Shown here piece by piece: positions 21,323 through 31,706 of a DNA stretch of 64,000 nt. The notes under the pieces are model-generated. The model was not told the origin of the DNA, made no database searches, and worked only from the letters and a program-made list of their open reading frames with translations. The position numbers and the translations under genes are program-made. Each line of letters starts with the position of its first letter. Position 1 is the stretch's first letter. This stretch comes from an uncultured cyanobacterium (GTDB lineage Bacteria > Cyanobacteriota > Cyanobacteriia > Cyanobacteriales > Cyanobacteriaceae): assembly GCA_963749915.1 (NCBI GenBank), contig CAVVOP010000032.1, positions 1 through 64,000 on the forward strand, in the 5' to 3' direction.

Positions 21323-21961
21323 ATGAGTTTAACAATTTATTTTTTGAGACACGGAGAAACCACTTCTAGTGTTAGTGGTGGCTATTGCGGAATCTTAGAT
21401 TTAGACTTGACACCCGAAGGCTACTTGATGGCGGAAGATTTTTGTCAAGCTTATAAAGATTTACCTTGGCAAGGTATTTTTTCTAGTCCTTTATCTCGAA
21501 CTATTGCCACGGCAACCCCTCTGGCTAAAACTCTTCACCTGGGAATTCAACAACGAGATGGATTAAGGGAAATTGCTTATGGTAATTGGGAAGGAAAAAC
21601 TCCCCAACAGGTTAACGAAGAATATCATGACGAATATGTTCGCTGGTTAGCAGATCCGGGTTGGAATTCACCTACTGGTGGCGAAAAAGGGATTGATATT
21701 GCCCGTCGCAGTGGTCAAGTCTTAGAAGAAATTGAAAATAATTATTCCTCTGGTAATGTTCTAATTGTATCTCACAAGGCAACTATTCGTATTATGCTGT
21801 GTTCTCTACTCGGTATTGATTTGGGGCGTTATCGCGATCGCATTGCCATGGAGGTGGCCTCTGTCACGGTGGTGAAATTTACCGAAAGAGGACCTTTGTT
21901 ACAAATTTTAGGTGATCGATCCCATTTAAGACCAAAATTAAGAAACAGAGATGGAACTTAG
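21323..21961 (+). CDS. Histidine phosphatase (phosphoglycerate mutase family)
   Basis: LRHGET, SSPLSR, LREIAYGNWEG, VSHKATIR. Confidence 0.9.
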   Translation: MSLTIYFLRHGETTSSVSGGYCGILDLDLTPEGYLMAEDFCQAYKDLPWQGIFSSPLSRTIATATPLAKTLHLGIQQRDGLREIAYGNWEGKTPQQVNEEYHDEYVRWLADPGWNSPTGGEKGIDIARRSGQVLEEIENNYSSGNVLIVSHKATIRIMLCSLLGIDLGRYRDRIAMEVASVTVVKFTERGPLLQILGDRSHLRPKLRNRDGT

Positions 21962-22039
21962 TGAACCTGATCATGCCTTGATTCCTCTACACATAGAAAA
22001 CGGTAGAGTTAGAAAAATTTAGGACTAATCAAAAACTGT

Positions 22040-23872
22040 ATGACAGAAAATTTGCAAATTTTACCGGAAAATTTGCCTTCAGATTCTGGGGTTTATTTTA
22101 TGAAAGATCAAGAAGGTAATATTCTTTATATAGGTAAAGCCAAAAACCTAAAAAAAAGAGTTAAATCTTATTTTATATCTTCCCCAAAACGCACTCCTCG
22201 TACCGCCCTAATGGTATCACAAATTCGGGATATTGAATTTATTGTCACCGACACGGAAGCCGAAGCCTTAGCTTTAGAAGCTAATTTAATTAAGCAACAT
22301 CAACCCCATTTTAATGTTTTACTCAAGGATGATAAAAAATATCCCTATGTTTGCATTACTTGGTCGGATATTTATCCCCGTATTTTTATTACCCGTAAAC
22401 GGAGGTTAAGTAGTAAATTCGATCACAAAGTGATGCTGCGCGATCGTTATTATGGTCCTTATGTGGATAGCGGCAGATTAAGGGAAACCCTTGATATTAT
22501 TAAACGGACTTTTCCCCTCAGACAACGATCGAAACCTCTATATAAAGACCGTCCTTGTTTGAATTATGATATAGGAAAATGCCCTGGAGTCTGTCAAAAT
22601 CTGATCACCCCTCAAGACTATGGCGAAATTGTCAATAAAATTGCTTTCATTTTTCAGGGACGAACTGATGAACTAATTAAGCAATTGCAAACACAAATGG
22701 AAACCGCCGCCGAGAATTTAGACTTTGAAAAAGCGGCTAAATATCGTGATCAAATTCGCAGTTTACAGCAATTATTTTCTAGTCAAAAAGTAGCCTTACC
22801 CGACGATACCATATCTAGGGATGCGATCGCTTTAGCCCAAGATGATAGTCATAGCTGTATTCAATTATTCCAGATTAGGGCAGGACGTTTAATTGGTAGA
22901 TTAGGATTTTTTACAGATAATGGTAAAAATGATCATCAAGGGGAAATTTTACAAAGAGTTTTAGAAGAACATTATAACCATACTGATTCCTTAGAAATAC
23001 CCTCAGAAATTTTAGTTCAATATCCCTTAGCGGAAGAAGAAATGTTGATGAATTGGTTAACAGAAAAAAAAGGGAAAAAAGTTACTATTATCACCCCACA
23101 AAAACAACAAAAAGCTGAGTTAATTTCTATGGTTGAAAGGAATGCTCAAATTGAGTTAGAAAGAAGCCAGAAATTTAGTCAAGGGAATTTACAAGCGATG
23201 GAAGATTTGGCTAATATTTTAGATTTATCTACCCTACCCAGAAGAATAGAAGGTTATGATATTTCTCATTTACAGGGCTCAAATGCCGTAGCTTCAAGGG
23301 TTGTTTTTATTGATGGCCTACCGGCTAAACAACACTATCGCCATTATAAGATACAAAATCCAGATATAAAAACAGGACATTCTGATGATTTTGCCTCTCT
23401 TCAAGAAGTAATTAAAAGACGGTTCTCGAAGGAAGAAGAATCTCCAGATTTATTAATGATAGATGGAGGAAAAGGACAACTTTCTTCCGTGTGTAAAGTC
23501 TTAGAAGAAATGAATTTATTGTCAAAAATTAATATCATCAGTTTAGCTAAAAAAAGGGAAGAAATTTTCTTACCCAATCAATCGCAACCATTGCCGGCTA
23601 ATTCCGAACAAACAGGAGTGAAATTATTAAGAAGATTAAGAGACGAAGCACATCGTTTTGCCATTACTTTTCATCGCCAACAAAGATTAAAAGCTAGTCG
23701 TAGATCAATTTTAGATGATATTAAGGGGTTAGGATTTGAGCGTCAAAAGTTACTATTAGCTCACTTTAATTCTCTAGATCATATCAGACAAGCCACCGTT
23801 AAACAACTGCAGGAAGTATCAGGTATTGGGGAATATTTAGCCCAAACTATCTATGATTATTTTCATCCTTAA
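22040..23872 (+). CDS. uvrC: Excinuclease ABC subunit C
   Basis: GVYFM...[41 protein letters not shown], HhH tail. Confidence 0.97.
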   Translation: MTENLQILPENLPSDSGVYFMKDQEGNILYIGKAKNLKKRVKSYFISSPKRTPRTALMVSQIRDIEFIVTDTEAEALALEANLIKQHQPHFNVLLKDDKKYPYVCITWSDIYPRIFITRKRRLSSKFDHKVMLRDRYYGPYVDSGRLRETLDIIKRTFPLRQRSKPLYKDRPCLNYDIGKCPGVCQNLITPQDYGEIVNKIAFIFQGRTDELIKQLQTQMETAAENLDFEKAAKYRDQIRSLQQLFSSQKVALPDDTISRDAIALAQDDSHSCIQLFQIRAGRLIGRLGFFTDNGKNDHQGEILQRVLEEHYNHTDSLEIPSEILVQYPLAEEEMLMNWLTEKKGKKVTIITPQKQQKAELISMVERNAQIELERSQKFSQGNLQAMEDLANILDLSTLPRRIEGYDISHLQGSNAVASRVVFIDGLPAKQHYRHYKIQNPDIKTGHSDDFASLQEVIKRRFSKEEESPDLLMIDGGKGQLSSVCKVLEEMNLLSKINIISLAKKREEIFLPNQSQPLPANSEQTGVKLLRRLRDEAHRFAITFHRQQRLKASRRSILDDIKGLGFERQKLLLAHFNSLDHIRQATVKQLQEVSGIGEYLAQTIYDYFHP

Positions 23873-23893
23873 CTTAATGTCGAAAGAAGTCAC

Positions 23894-23931
23894 ACACCGA
23901 AAACACAACAAAAGCATAAACCTTTCGGTGT
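23894..23931. terminator. Stem-loop downstream of uvrC
   Basis: ACACCGAAA...TTTCGGTGT 9-bp inverted repeat. Confidence 0.35.
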
Positions 23932-23962
23932 TGGGATCAATTTCGACCAGTGGAGAAAACGT

Positions 23963-24181
23963 CCCTAGTGGTCTAGCAATTTTGAAATGAGGGATAGCAG
24001 GATTCTCCAAAATCTAAAATCCAAAAGCGGTCGGACCCCGCGCCGCCGAAAGGCGCAAGCGGTGGAAGCCCGCGACGACGGAAGTCGCAAGGGAACGTCC
24101 ACCAAGAGAGGGAATGCCGACCAAGAGATCCAAAATTATCCGTTCCCAGTCCCTCAAAACTATCTTGACAGACCACTAGGG
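23963..24181. mobile_element. MITE with CTAG-containing terminal inverted repeats and nested palindromic inserts
   Basis: CCCTAGTGGTCT...TGAGGGA pairs with TCCCTCA...AGACCACTAGGG; contains TCYAAAA heptamers and a GC-rich core. Confidence 0.75.
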
Positions 24182-24189
24182 CATCCACT

Positions 24190-26046
24190 TTATTTTTGAC
24201 GATAAAATACCCCTATGCCATTATGTACCCTTGCGGCAGTTGCTGGGGAACGATCAACGATTTCGCCACCTAAATACATTTGTGTTGAACTACCCCCATC
24301 TAAATTTAAGGCGGATACCGCCCCCATTTTCTGTAATAACTGGGCAAATTCTGATAATGTAGCACCTAAACCACCAACTCGATTATGTACTGCTACTAAT
24401 AAAATTCTGCCTTGGTTATCCACAGCAATTGCACTACGAGAGGCTTTTTGACTATTAAAAGCTTTACTAAATTTTTCGCCTTCTCCATTTAAAACAACTT
24501 GACGATTTAACAATAAAAGAGGTCCAGCACCAATAATATAGGGGTAATCAGCAAAATTAGCCGGAATTATGCCAGTATTTAAGGTAATTTGGTCATTAAT
24601 AGCCAGTTTTTCTGCTAAAGTATTAGCACTTCTAAATACTAAGAGATAGTTTTTTGGTTGAATGGTAATAGAATCTCCCCCTGCCTTACCCCCAACAATT
24701 TTATCCTTAACGAGATTATTTTCCACAATAACAACAATTTCATTATCGCTGAGGGTTTGATAACTAGTGCCCCAACTATCAGTATAACGGGCAACTCCAG
24801 CTTGAACATAACCGCTATTGATGTAATTGTTGATAAAGCGATCGCCTTTAGTGTTAGTGATAACTTCTTCTAAGATTATGCGATCAAAATTTACCTCTCC
24901 CACATCATTCCATGCCATAATACCACGATTTAAAATGGGACTCGATAACCAATTATCACGGTTTTTTATAGCACCTAAAGGTAACTGATTATTGCGGTTA
25001 AAAAATCCAGCGTTAATAGCCGCCATAGCTTCTGAATTTTGGGCCGTAGTTTTTAGCGGTGCAGTGCCAATGACGGTGTTATTATTTGGTAAAACTGGTT
25101 GTAAATCTAAGTTAAAACTTTTAAGATTAAAGGTAAGAGACGAAACTAAAAATAAGTCGGAATTATTATTTAAACTAACATATTTTCTACTAAAAAATAA
25201 ATCGTTGTTCCAACTAATATCTCTGGGGGTAATGGCAGAAGGGTTTATCTCTACTAATAAAAGATTGGGATTAGCCGAAGTAACTTTAGTATTATTACCT
25301 GCAGGTAAATTAACATTGATAATAGTTTTGTTATCTTTGCTACTAAGGGTAAATAAAGAACTTTTAGGCTTTTGTTTATCATCTCTAATTTCGTCCCCTT
25401 CTTCTTCCTGAAGATCAGAATTATCTAAAGGTTTTAACGGTTTAATCTCATCAAATAGAGCAGAACTAGGTTGAGCATTAATAGTAATTATCGCCTGATC
25501 TTTTCCTTGGCTAACTTGAAAAAAGCTAGGTTTATCTAACTCAATAATAATTTTTTTACCCTGATTTGCTTGAATTTCATAGACTTTATTAACTTGACTA
25601 ATAGGAAGATTCAACTCTAAAATATTACTATTATTATTAATATTAAGAGAGGTAGCTTTAGTTAAATCAGTAATATCTAAATAACGATAGGGATTAATAA
25701 ATTTAGCTGGCAAAGTATCACGATAATTAAACCAATGAATCGGTTGTTTTTCCGTATTAGTTGTCCCCATTAATTCCATGCCCAAAATAGCTTCGGCACT
25801 CATATCAGCAATCCCCGTATAAATCTGATCTCCTTCTCGCCACTGTATCCAAGGAAGATTGACAGTTTTTTGATTAATAAAAACATCTTTACCTTTAGCA
25901 ATAATATTTAAAGGCACGGATTGAGCAAAAACTGGACTTAGAAATTTACCTGTGATAAACTCAGGAATATTGCCGATAAAATTAACGATAAAAACTGAGA
26001 AAAAAACCAGTAATAAAAATTTGGATTTAGAAAGTTGTTTCAACAT
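24190..26046 (-). CDS. Phosphodiester glycosidase (NAGPA) family exported protein
   Basis: Signal peptide; AAINAGFFN, GAGPLL, SRSAIA, ALNLDGGSST. Confidence 0.88.
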   Translation of the reverse strand: MLKQLSKSKFLLLVFFSVFIVNFIGNIPEFITGKFLSPVFAQSVPLNIIAKGKDVFINQKTVNLPWIQWREGDQIYTGIADMSAEAILGMELMGTTNTEKQPIHWFNYRDTLPAKFINPYRYLDITDLTKATSLNINNNSNILELNLPISQVNKVYEIQANQGKKIIIELDKPSFFQVSQGKDQAIITINAQPSSALFDEIKPLKPLDNSDLQEEEGDEIRDDKQKPKSSLFTLSSKDNKTIINVNLPAGNNTKVTSANPNLLLVEINPSAITPRDISWNNDLFFSRKYVSLNNNSDLFLVSSLTFNLKSFNLDLQPVLPNNNTVIGTAPLKTTAQNSEAMAAINAGFFNRNNQLPLGAIKNRDNWLSSPILNRGIMAWNDVGEVNFDRIILEEVITNTKGDRFINNYINSGYVQAGVARYTDSWGTSYQTLSDNEIVVIVENNLVKDKIVGGKAGGDSITIQPKNYLLVFRSANTLAEKLAINDQITLNTGIIPANFADYPYIIGAGPLLLLNRQVVLNGEGEKFSKAFNSQKASRSAIAVDNQGRILLVAVHNRVGGLGATLSEFAQLLQKMGAVSALNLDGGSSTQMYLGGEIVDRSPATAARVHNGIGVFYRQK

Positions 26047-26117
26047 AATTTCTCTAAATGATAAAATAGTTTATTAAAAATTAGACTCTGATTCAGATCA
26101 AAAATTATTCAAAAGGT

Positions 26118-26621
26118 CTATTGCTGATAACCTTGCAAACTTTCAGGATTAAAACTATTTAAAATTTCTCTAGCTTTGTTTTTAATACTGTCATTTCCTT
26201 GCACAATTAACAGATATTTACCAACTTTAAGACGATTAAGAAAAGGTATCATCTCTCCACTATTTTCCATTAAACTACCACTACCACCGACAAAAACACT
26301 ACCCATTGCACCACCGATCGCCCCTAAAATACCTCCTATAATATGGTTAAAAGGCTCCCCAGCCCAACCAAAAGTATCAATAGAAGTAATCGCATCAAAG
26401 GTAAAACCCCCGAAAAAACCGAAGGGAATCAACCAATAAGCCATTCTCACAACATTTTTGCGCCCTTCTTCACTAGGATCAAGAAAACCAAATTCTGAGG
26501 CACTTTTATAACCTTTTCCCACAATTGACAATTGATTGAGGGGGACTCCCACTTTTTCTAAGGCAGTGTAGGCTTCTTCTGCTTGAATGCGATCGGATAA
26601 TACAGCTATTAAATAATTCAT
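26118..26621 (-). CDS. Conserved cyanobacterial membrane protein
   Basis: YLIAVLSDRIQAEEAYTALEK, Gly-rich TM hairpin, GKYLLIVQG. Confidence 0.75.
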   Translation of the reverse strand: MNYLIAVLSDRIQAEEAYTALEKVGVPLNQLSIVGKGYKSASEFGFLDPSEEGRKNVVRMAYWLIPFGFFGGFTFDAITSIDTFGWAGEPFNHIIGGILGAIGGAMGSVFVGGSGSLMENSGEMIPFLNRLKVGKYLLIVQGNDSIKNKAREILNSFNPESLQGYQQ

Positions 26622-26675
26622 ATTGAAATTTTGTCTTTATTCTTACTTTATTCTTATTGAGTTTTTTCGGGAAAT

Positions 26676-26706
26676 TTGCCATATAGATATCCTATCTATA
26701 TGGCAA
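26676..26706. terminator. Perfect 14-bp inverted repeat (terminator or operator)
   Basis: TTGCCATATAGATA-tcc-TATCTATATGGCAA. Confidence 0.5.
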
Positions 26707-26837
26707 TGACGATGAAGTAATTGTAGCCCACATTCCCCAGTTTAAAAAGAGAAACCAAAGAAAGTCATCAATATTCTGGCTTCTGCCTCAATTATTCAGT
26801 ACAACCCAAATAGCTAGCTTATCAGAGGGGTAATTAT

Positions 26838-28010
26838 TTAAGCTATTCCTGATACTGGGTAGATGCGAGAACTATCAGTTTCAACCTCACGCTCAATTGC
26901 TGTTTGATAAGTATCTACTACATGGTTAGGCATAAAATCTCCCTTTTGAGATAAAAATGACCATTCTTGCCCCACATGAAGGTAAGTGCCGATTGCCTGA
27001 GTTGGAGGCATTAAGGGAATAGAATCTGCCAAATTCACAACCCGATAGCTATTAGGCACGTGTTTAGCGTGAACTGTCGCAAAAGTAAGATCGCCAACCC
27101 TTGGACTAGCATAGGTATAGAGTTGGATTTGTTCTCTGAGTTGAGCCAGATTCACGGCAATGTCTAAAGCTGCTAAGACGGCTAAAGATGCACCTAAACT
27201 ATGACCAGTAATGTAGCAAGGAATTCTAGGATTGAGAGCTTGAGCAACTTCTCGAGGCAAAGGCTGGACAATTCGTAAATAATTCTTCATAAATCCTTCG
27301 TGTATCTTGCCAAAATACTGTCCTGAGAGGGGGTCAGTATATTCTTTTTGGATGGCGGTAAAGTTGTTGATCCATTCTACCGTGGTTTGAGTCCCACGAA
27401 AGACAATGATGTTGTTTTTGGCAGAAGTCAGCACAAATCCCAGATATACGGGAATTTGTCTGGTTATTTTTACCATTTCTTGAATGGCTTGTCCCACTTG
27501 CTGTTCGGCTATATCTAAATTAAGCTGAAGGGGATCTGAAAAATTGCCTAGACCATCGTCTTTAGTGGTTGATAAATTGACAGGTACTGTTTCTGAGATG
27601 TCAGATTCTTTTCCTTGAAATGAAGCAATTTGAGTATAACTGTTGAGGTTGGAGTTATAAGCGGGAAGTTTTTTGATGGAACCGTCATACTTAGAGATAG
27701 TTTTACCTGTCAAATACTGTTGAGTAGCGATCTTACTACACTGAATCAGCAGTTGGGAAATTTCTCTATCATAAGGGATGGTTGGAGGAGTAAGCTTGAA
27801 AGAATCGATAAGTTTTTGCCCTTGGTAAATTTTTTCAGCATCGGCTTCAAAAGCTGCTTGTAAGAGACTTTGCTTATTTGTCGACATCTGTTCCTTGGCC
27901 AAAGCTGTTAACTTATCTTGCTTTTGCTGATTTTGATAATCGGTTGCTAAATTGGCCGTAATTCCGGCAGCAACTCCACCCAGCAATATTTGTCTCCGTT
28001 TAAATTTCAT
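26838..28010 (-). CDS. Class 3 lipase with putative Tat signal
   Basis: KRRQILLGG signal, VFRGT, IHEGF, GHSLG, YASPRVGD, DSIPLMPP. Confidence 0.85.
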   Translation of the reverse strand: MKFKRRQILLGGVAAGITANLATDYQNQQKQDKLTALAKEQMSTNKQSLLQAAFEADAEKIYQGQKLIDSFKLTPPTIPYDREISQLLIQCSKIATQQYLTGKTISKYDGSIKKLPAYNSNLNSYTQIASFQGKESDISETVPVNLSTTKDDGLGNFSDPLQLNLDIAEQQVGQAIQEMVKITRQIPVYLGFVLTSAKNNIIVFRGTQTTVEWINNFTAIQKEYTDPLSGQYFGKIHEGFMKNYLRIVQPLPREVAQALNPRIPCYITGHSLGASLAVLAALDIAVNLAQLREQIQLYTYASPRVGDLTFATVHAKHVPNSYRVVNLADSIPLMPPTQAIGTYLHVGQEWSFLSQKGDFMPNHVVDTYQTAIEREVETDSSRIYPVSGIA

Positions 28011-28426
28011 TGTTCCTCTTCCCTCGTTATTAAATTTTTCCCCCCGTTAGCATAAAATTGGTTGATGCTTTGCCCTATCATCCAAGTTAAAGTAAATAAA
28101 GCCCCTGCAAGCTTAAAACTACTGACGTAGGGAACAAATAAACCAATAGTTAGCAACGTTGACCAAGCCACCAATGCCATCGCAAAAGCACCTAATAAAC
28201 CAAAAAGATAACCAGCGATCGCTAAAATGTCTTGTCCCCTAACAAATTTCCACTTGGCAGCAATATCCCAACTCATTTTCAGGATCAAACCCGTGACTAA
28301 CAATAATTTAACTGTCAGGAACTCGGGAATCGTTATCAGCCCGATAATAGAGACCCCGAGAGCATAATCCAAAGCGAGATTGCGACTTTCCCTTTCTTGA
28401 CGCAAATAATTGGGAATTTTAGTCAT
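28007..28426 (-). CDS. Hypothetical membrane protein
   Basis: Several hydrophobic helices; ATGA overlap with the lipase start. Confidence 0.7.
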   Translation of the reverse strand: MTKIPNYLRQERESRNLALDYALGVSIIGLITIPEFLTVKLLLVTGLILKMSWDIAAKWKFVRGQDILAIAGYLFGLLGAFAMALVAWSTLLTIGLFVPYVSSFKLAGALFTLTWMIGQSINQFYANGGKNLITREEEQ

Positions 28427-28641
28427 CCATTTTATCTAAAAGATTCTGAAATTATTAGATTTGTTACCGATTAAATATTTGCATTTCTCAACGGTATTGT
28501 CAACTTAGACCAATTCTCTAAAAGTTGGCTACAGATATTGCTTCCAATACCAATTTGCGTTCAGAAGCATAACAATTGATACCATCTGGAGTATAATTTT
28601 CAGTAGTTAAATTATACTCAATCAATTTTTACACAATCATA

Positions 28642-29088
28642 ATGAAAATTACGAAAATAAAAACCGTGATTATCTTTCTAGTCTTGCTTCCATGGCTAAC
28701 TCTTGTAGGTTGCCAGCCATCAGTCCAGGAAGCAGAGCAAACAGTTGAGCAAGGCGAAAATGAAACTTGTATGAAACTGGCTGAGCTAGGAAACTCTCTC
28801 GCCACCCTAGTAACTGTAACTCCTGATTCTACGGTAGAGGAGGTGAAAAAGGCACAAGAGGAGGTTGGCAAATCAATTGCCGAACTTAAGGCATCCCTTA
28901 AAGAAGTGGATAAGGAGAAGTCTCAGGTTCTAGAAGCTGCCAATGCCAAGTTAGAACAGACAATTAAAACACTTCCCGAGAAAGATACCCTTGCGGAAGC
29001 GGCTGCTACTATTCAACCTCAAGTGCAAGCTGTAGAAGAGGCAAGAGCTCAATTAAGCTCTGAGGTCGAGTGTCTTCCTACACCTTAA
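28642..29088 (+). CDS. Hypothetical lipoprotein
   Basis: Basic N-terminus, hydrophobic core, LVGC lipobox; helical acidic mature part with two Cys. Confidence 0.75.
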   Translation: MKITKIKTVIIFLVLLPWLTLVGCQPSVQEAEQTVEQGENETCMKLAELGNSLATLVTVTPDSTVEEVKKAQEEVGKSIAELKASLKEVDKEKSQVLEAANAKLEQTIKTLPEKDTLAEAAATIQPQVQAVEEARAQLSSEVECLPTP

Positions 29089-29193
29089 CAACAACAGGTT
29101 TTGTTGCATGAATAAAAAAAGAGACATTTCTTTCCTTCAATAGGGATCGCCGGAATGTTTGAAAAATTCACAACAGTCGAGTTAGTTAATTGG

Positions 29194-29997
29194 TTAAAGT
29201 TGACTAGAATCTAAACTTTGGGCTTCTTCTATAGTGGTAGGTAAATGTAAACCGCATTCTTCTTTAACACCGTGAAAACGGGTGTCTCTCTCTGTGTCAT
29301 CATCGGCGGTGAGAGGGCGACTTGAATGCCAATCTCCGACAGATACATAGCCTTGATCAAAATAGGGATGGTAAGGTAAATCATATTTGGTTAAATATTG
29401 GTAAATATCCCTTGAGGTCCAGGTTAATATCGGCAAAATTTTATATTGATCACCCTGTTGATTTACATAACTTAATTTTTGGCGAAATAGCGTCTGATTT
29501 TGTCTTAAACCTGCTAACCATGCTTTAGCATTTAATTCTTTTAATGCCCTTTGCATTGGCTCTACTTTCCTGATGCGATCGTATAAATTTAAGGAGTCGA
29601 TATCCTTGTTTTGCCACAGTTTACCATATATAGCTTCCATGCGGGCGGGACTCAAATCTGATTGATATACTTTTAAATTAAGATTGAGTTTGTCTGTTAA
29701 TGTCTGAGCAAAAATATAAGTTTCTTTGGGTAAGTAACCCGTATCTACCCAAATAACAGGAATATCCGGCACAATCTGGGTAACTAAATGCAACATCACC
29801 GCCGCTTGAATGCCAAAACTGGTACTCATTACCAGATGTGTACCAAATTCCTGATTTGCCCATGCTATGATTTCTAAGGCACTAACTGAAGTTAAATTTT
29901 CGTTGAGAGTGGTTAAATCCAGAGGAGAATGAGATATTTGAGACACTGGTGTCAATAATGAGTTCTGGTGGGCTGATGTTAAGATAGTTTCTGGCAC
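29194..29997 (-). CDS. cysH: Phosphoadenosine phosphosulfate reductase
   Basis: [37 protein letters not shown]. Confidence 0.95.
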   Translation of the reverse strand: MPETILTSAHQNSLLTPVSQISHSPLDLTTLNENLTSVSALEIIAWANQEFGTHLVMSTSFGIQAAVMLHLVTQIVPDIPVIWVDTGYLPKETYIFAQTLTDKLNLNLKVYQSDLSPARMEAIYGKLWQNKDIDSLNLYDRIRKVEPMQRALKELNAKAWLAGLRQNQTLFRQKLSYVNQQGDQYKILPILTWTSRDIYQYLTKYDLPYHPYFDQGYVSVGDWHSSRPLTADDDTERDTRFHGVKEECGLHLPTTIEEAQSLDSSQL

Positions 29998-30229
29998 TGC
30001 GATGGCTTTTAATAATAAATGCTGTTGATGTTTCTCTAATCACCATATTATAGAACGAAATTCGTTTATAAAATATAGTTATATTTTTGACATTTTGTAA
30101 TTACCCAGGTCATCAAATTTCGGGAAAAAACAATAAACTCTGTTTATTGACTATATTATAATCTCTCGTATTTATTCTGTCATAATATGAATAAATAAAA
30201 TCTATAGATTGTTCTTCTACTAACCTGAA

Positions 30230-30715
30230 TTATTAATGTTTCTCTCATTCGACAAATTTGCGCTTTTTCTAATCTTGTTTGTGATGCGGCTTCCCTAATT
30301 TCTAACATTAAAATATAAGCTGCTTGGGATAAGAACAAACGAAACTGATTAGCTATAAATTGATGGCAACTTAACCTATCTCCATGAAGACCCCTTTTTA
30401 ATTCTTTTATTCTATGTTCTGATGTTGCACCTCTTTGAACATAAAAATTATCATAAAGTTCTTGAGGTTTCATCTCCATATCTTTTTATAATAATTTAAT
30501 CGGGCTTGATCTAATAAATAATCTATTTTTCTTTTTAAGACTGAATTGCTACTAAAACCAAAAGCGTATTGAACATTTTGACGTTCACAAATGTCCATAA
30601 TTTCTGGTAAAGAAAAACCTCCATCTCCTCTTAAAATAATCGCCACATTTTTCCATGCCTTTCTTAATCTCCAAAATAACCATCTTAAAATTCCCTTCAT
30701 TCCTTTCCCCGAATG
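30230..30715 (-). mobile_element. IS1380-family transposase remnant (fragmented, frameshifted)
   Basis: ILRGDGGFSLPEI and YVQRGATSEHRIKELK...DRLSCHQFIANQFRL lie in two frames with the middle missing. Confidence 0.8.
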
Positions 30716-30940
30716 GGAATAGGACCTCGTTATGAGTATGATTATATTAATTTTGAACAAAGAACTAATAAAGTTATTCCTGCATTGGCGATCGTTCTTT
30801 TAGGTAGGGGACTTTCTATCGGAAAAGTACAACTCAACCAGACTTTTGCCATTCTTCCTGCATTAGATGATCTTGATAACTATATTATTAGCTCTGATAC
30901 TACAGTGTCTATTCCCCTGACGAAAAGATGGTCTTTTAAT
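30713..30940 (+). pseudogene. Fragment of a DUF481-like outer membrane protein
   Basis: GIGPRYEY...QTFAILPALDDLDNYIISSDTTVSIPLTKRWSF beta-strand pattern, truncated at both ends. Confidence 0.45.
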
Positions 30941-30948
30941 ATAAGTTT

Positions 30949-31692
30949 ATGAAAAATTGGTGGCAGTGGTGGTTAAAGTGGTGGGTTTGGACTGCATTTA
31001 TTGTTTTTATTTTAATTGTCTGACGTTACGCAAAAAGGGATTAATCAAGTTAAAATGACAAAATGAAACAACAACTCAGAGAACTTTATAGTGATTATCT
31101 AATTAGTTCTTTCAATCAGGTGACTGCCACTGGCTTATCATCGGCATTGAAAGGAAATGTCAGTCATGATCAGGTGACAAGATTTTTGTCTGAGGAAGAT
31201 ATGACTTCCAAACAACTCTGGCTGTCAGTCAAACCTGTGTTACGACAACATGAAGAAGATGATGGAGTCATAATTTTTGACGATACAATCGAGGAAAAAC
31301 CTTACACCAAAGAAAGTGAGTTAGTTTGTTGGCATCATGACCATACCAAAAATCGCTGGAAAGTAGAAGTCTTTCACAAAACGCTAAAATCGAATACGGG
31401 TTTAGCCAATTCACCAACAAAGTGCATAAGAACTCAGTGTAATCATATTTTTATGTCAATATATGCGGCGTTTCAATTAGAATGCCTAAAGATAAAGCAT
31501 AAAGTTAATCATTTTGCTCTTCGGAGTCGTATTTACCTTAAAGCACTCCAAGAAGCGATGAATGAGTTACAGTTACTCAAGACTGCGTAACGTCAGTTAA
31601 TTGTTTTCAGTGAACCCCCTCGCCTTTGGTTTTGGTTAGTATTATTTGTTGTCTTGCTTCTCTACGGTTATGAGCGATCGCTTAATTCTTAA
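30949..31692 (+). pseudogene. Trp-rich 52-aa membrane microprotein, copy A, interrupted by an IS
   Basis: Removing 31020-31596 and one TSD restores MKNWWQWWLKWWVWTAFIVFILIVFSEPPRLWFWLVLFVVLLLYGYERSLNS*. Confidence 0.8.
31020..31596 (+). mobile_element. Internally deleted IS701-like element (577 bp)
   Basis: 13-bp perfect TIR CTGACGTTACGCA/TGCGTAACGTCAG; 8-bp TSD TTAATTGT (31012-31019 and 31597-31604); transposase ORF 31063-31590 with IIFDDT and RWKVEVFHK. Confidence 0.88.
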
Positions 31693-31706
31693 TTAAACCG
31701 AGAAAA

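Noticed and set aside
24027..24127. GC-rich structured stretch as tRNA, SRP RNA or RNase P RNA
   Set aside because: No signature motifs of those RNAs; modular nested repeats inside TIRs explain it better
23973..24199. ORFs 23973-24188(-) and 23987-24199(+)
   Set aside because: They are chance translations of the GC-rich MITE core
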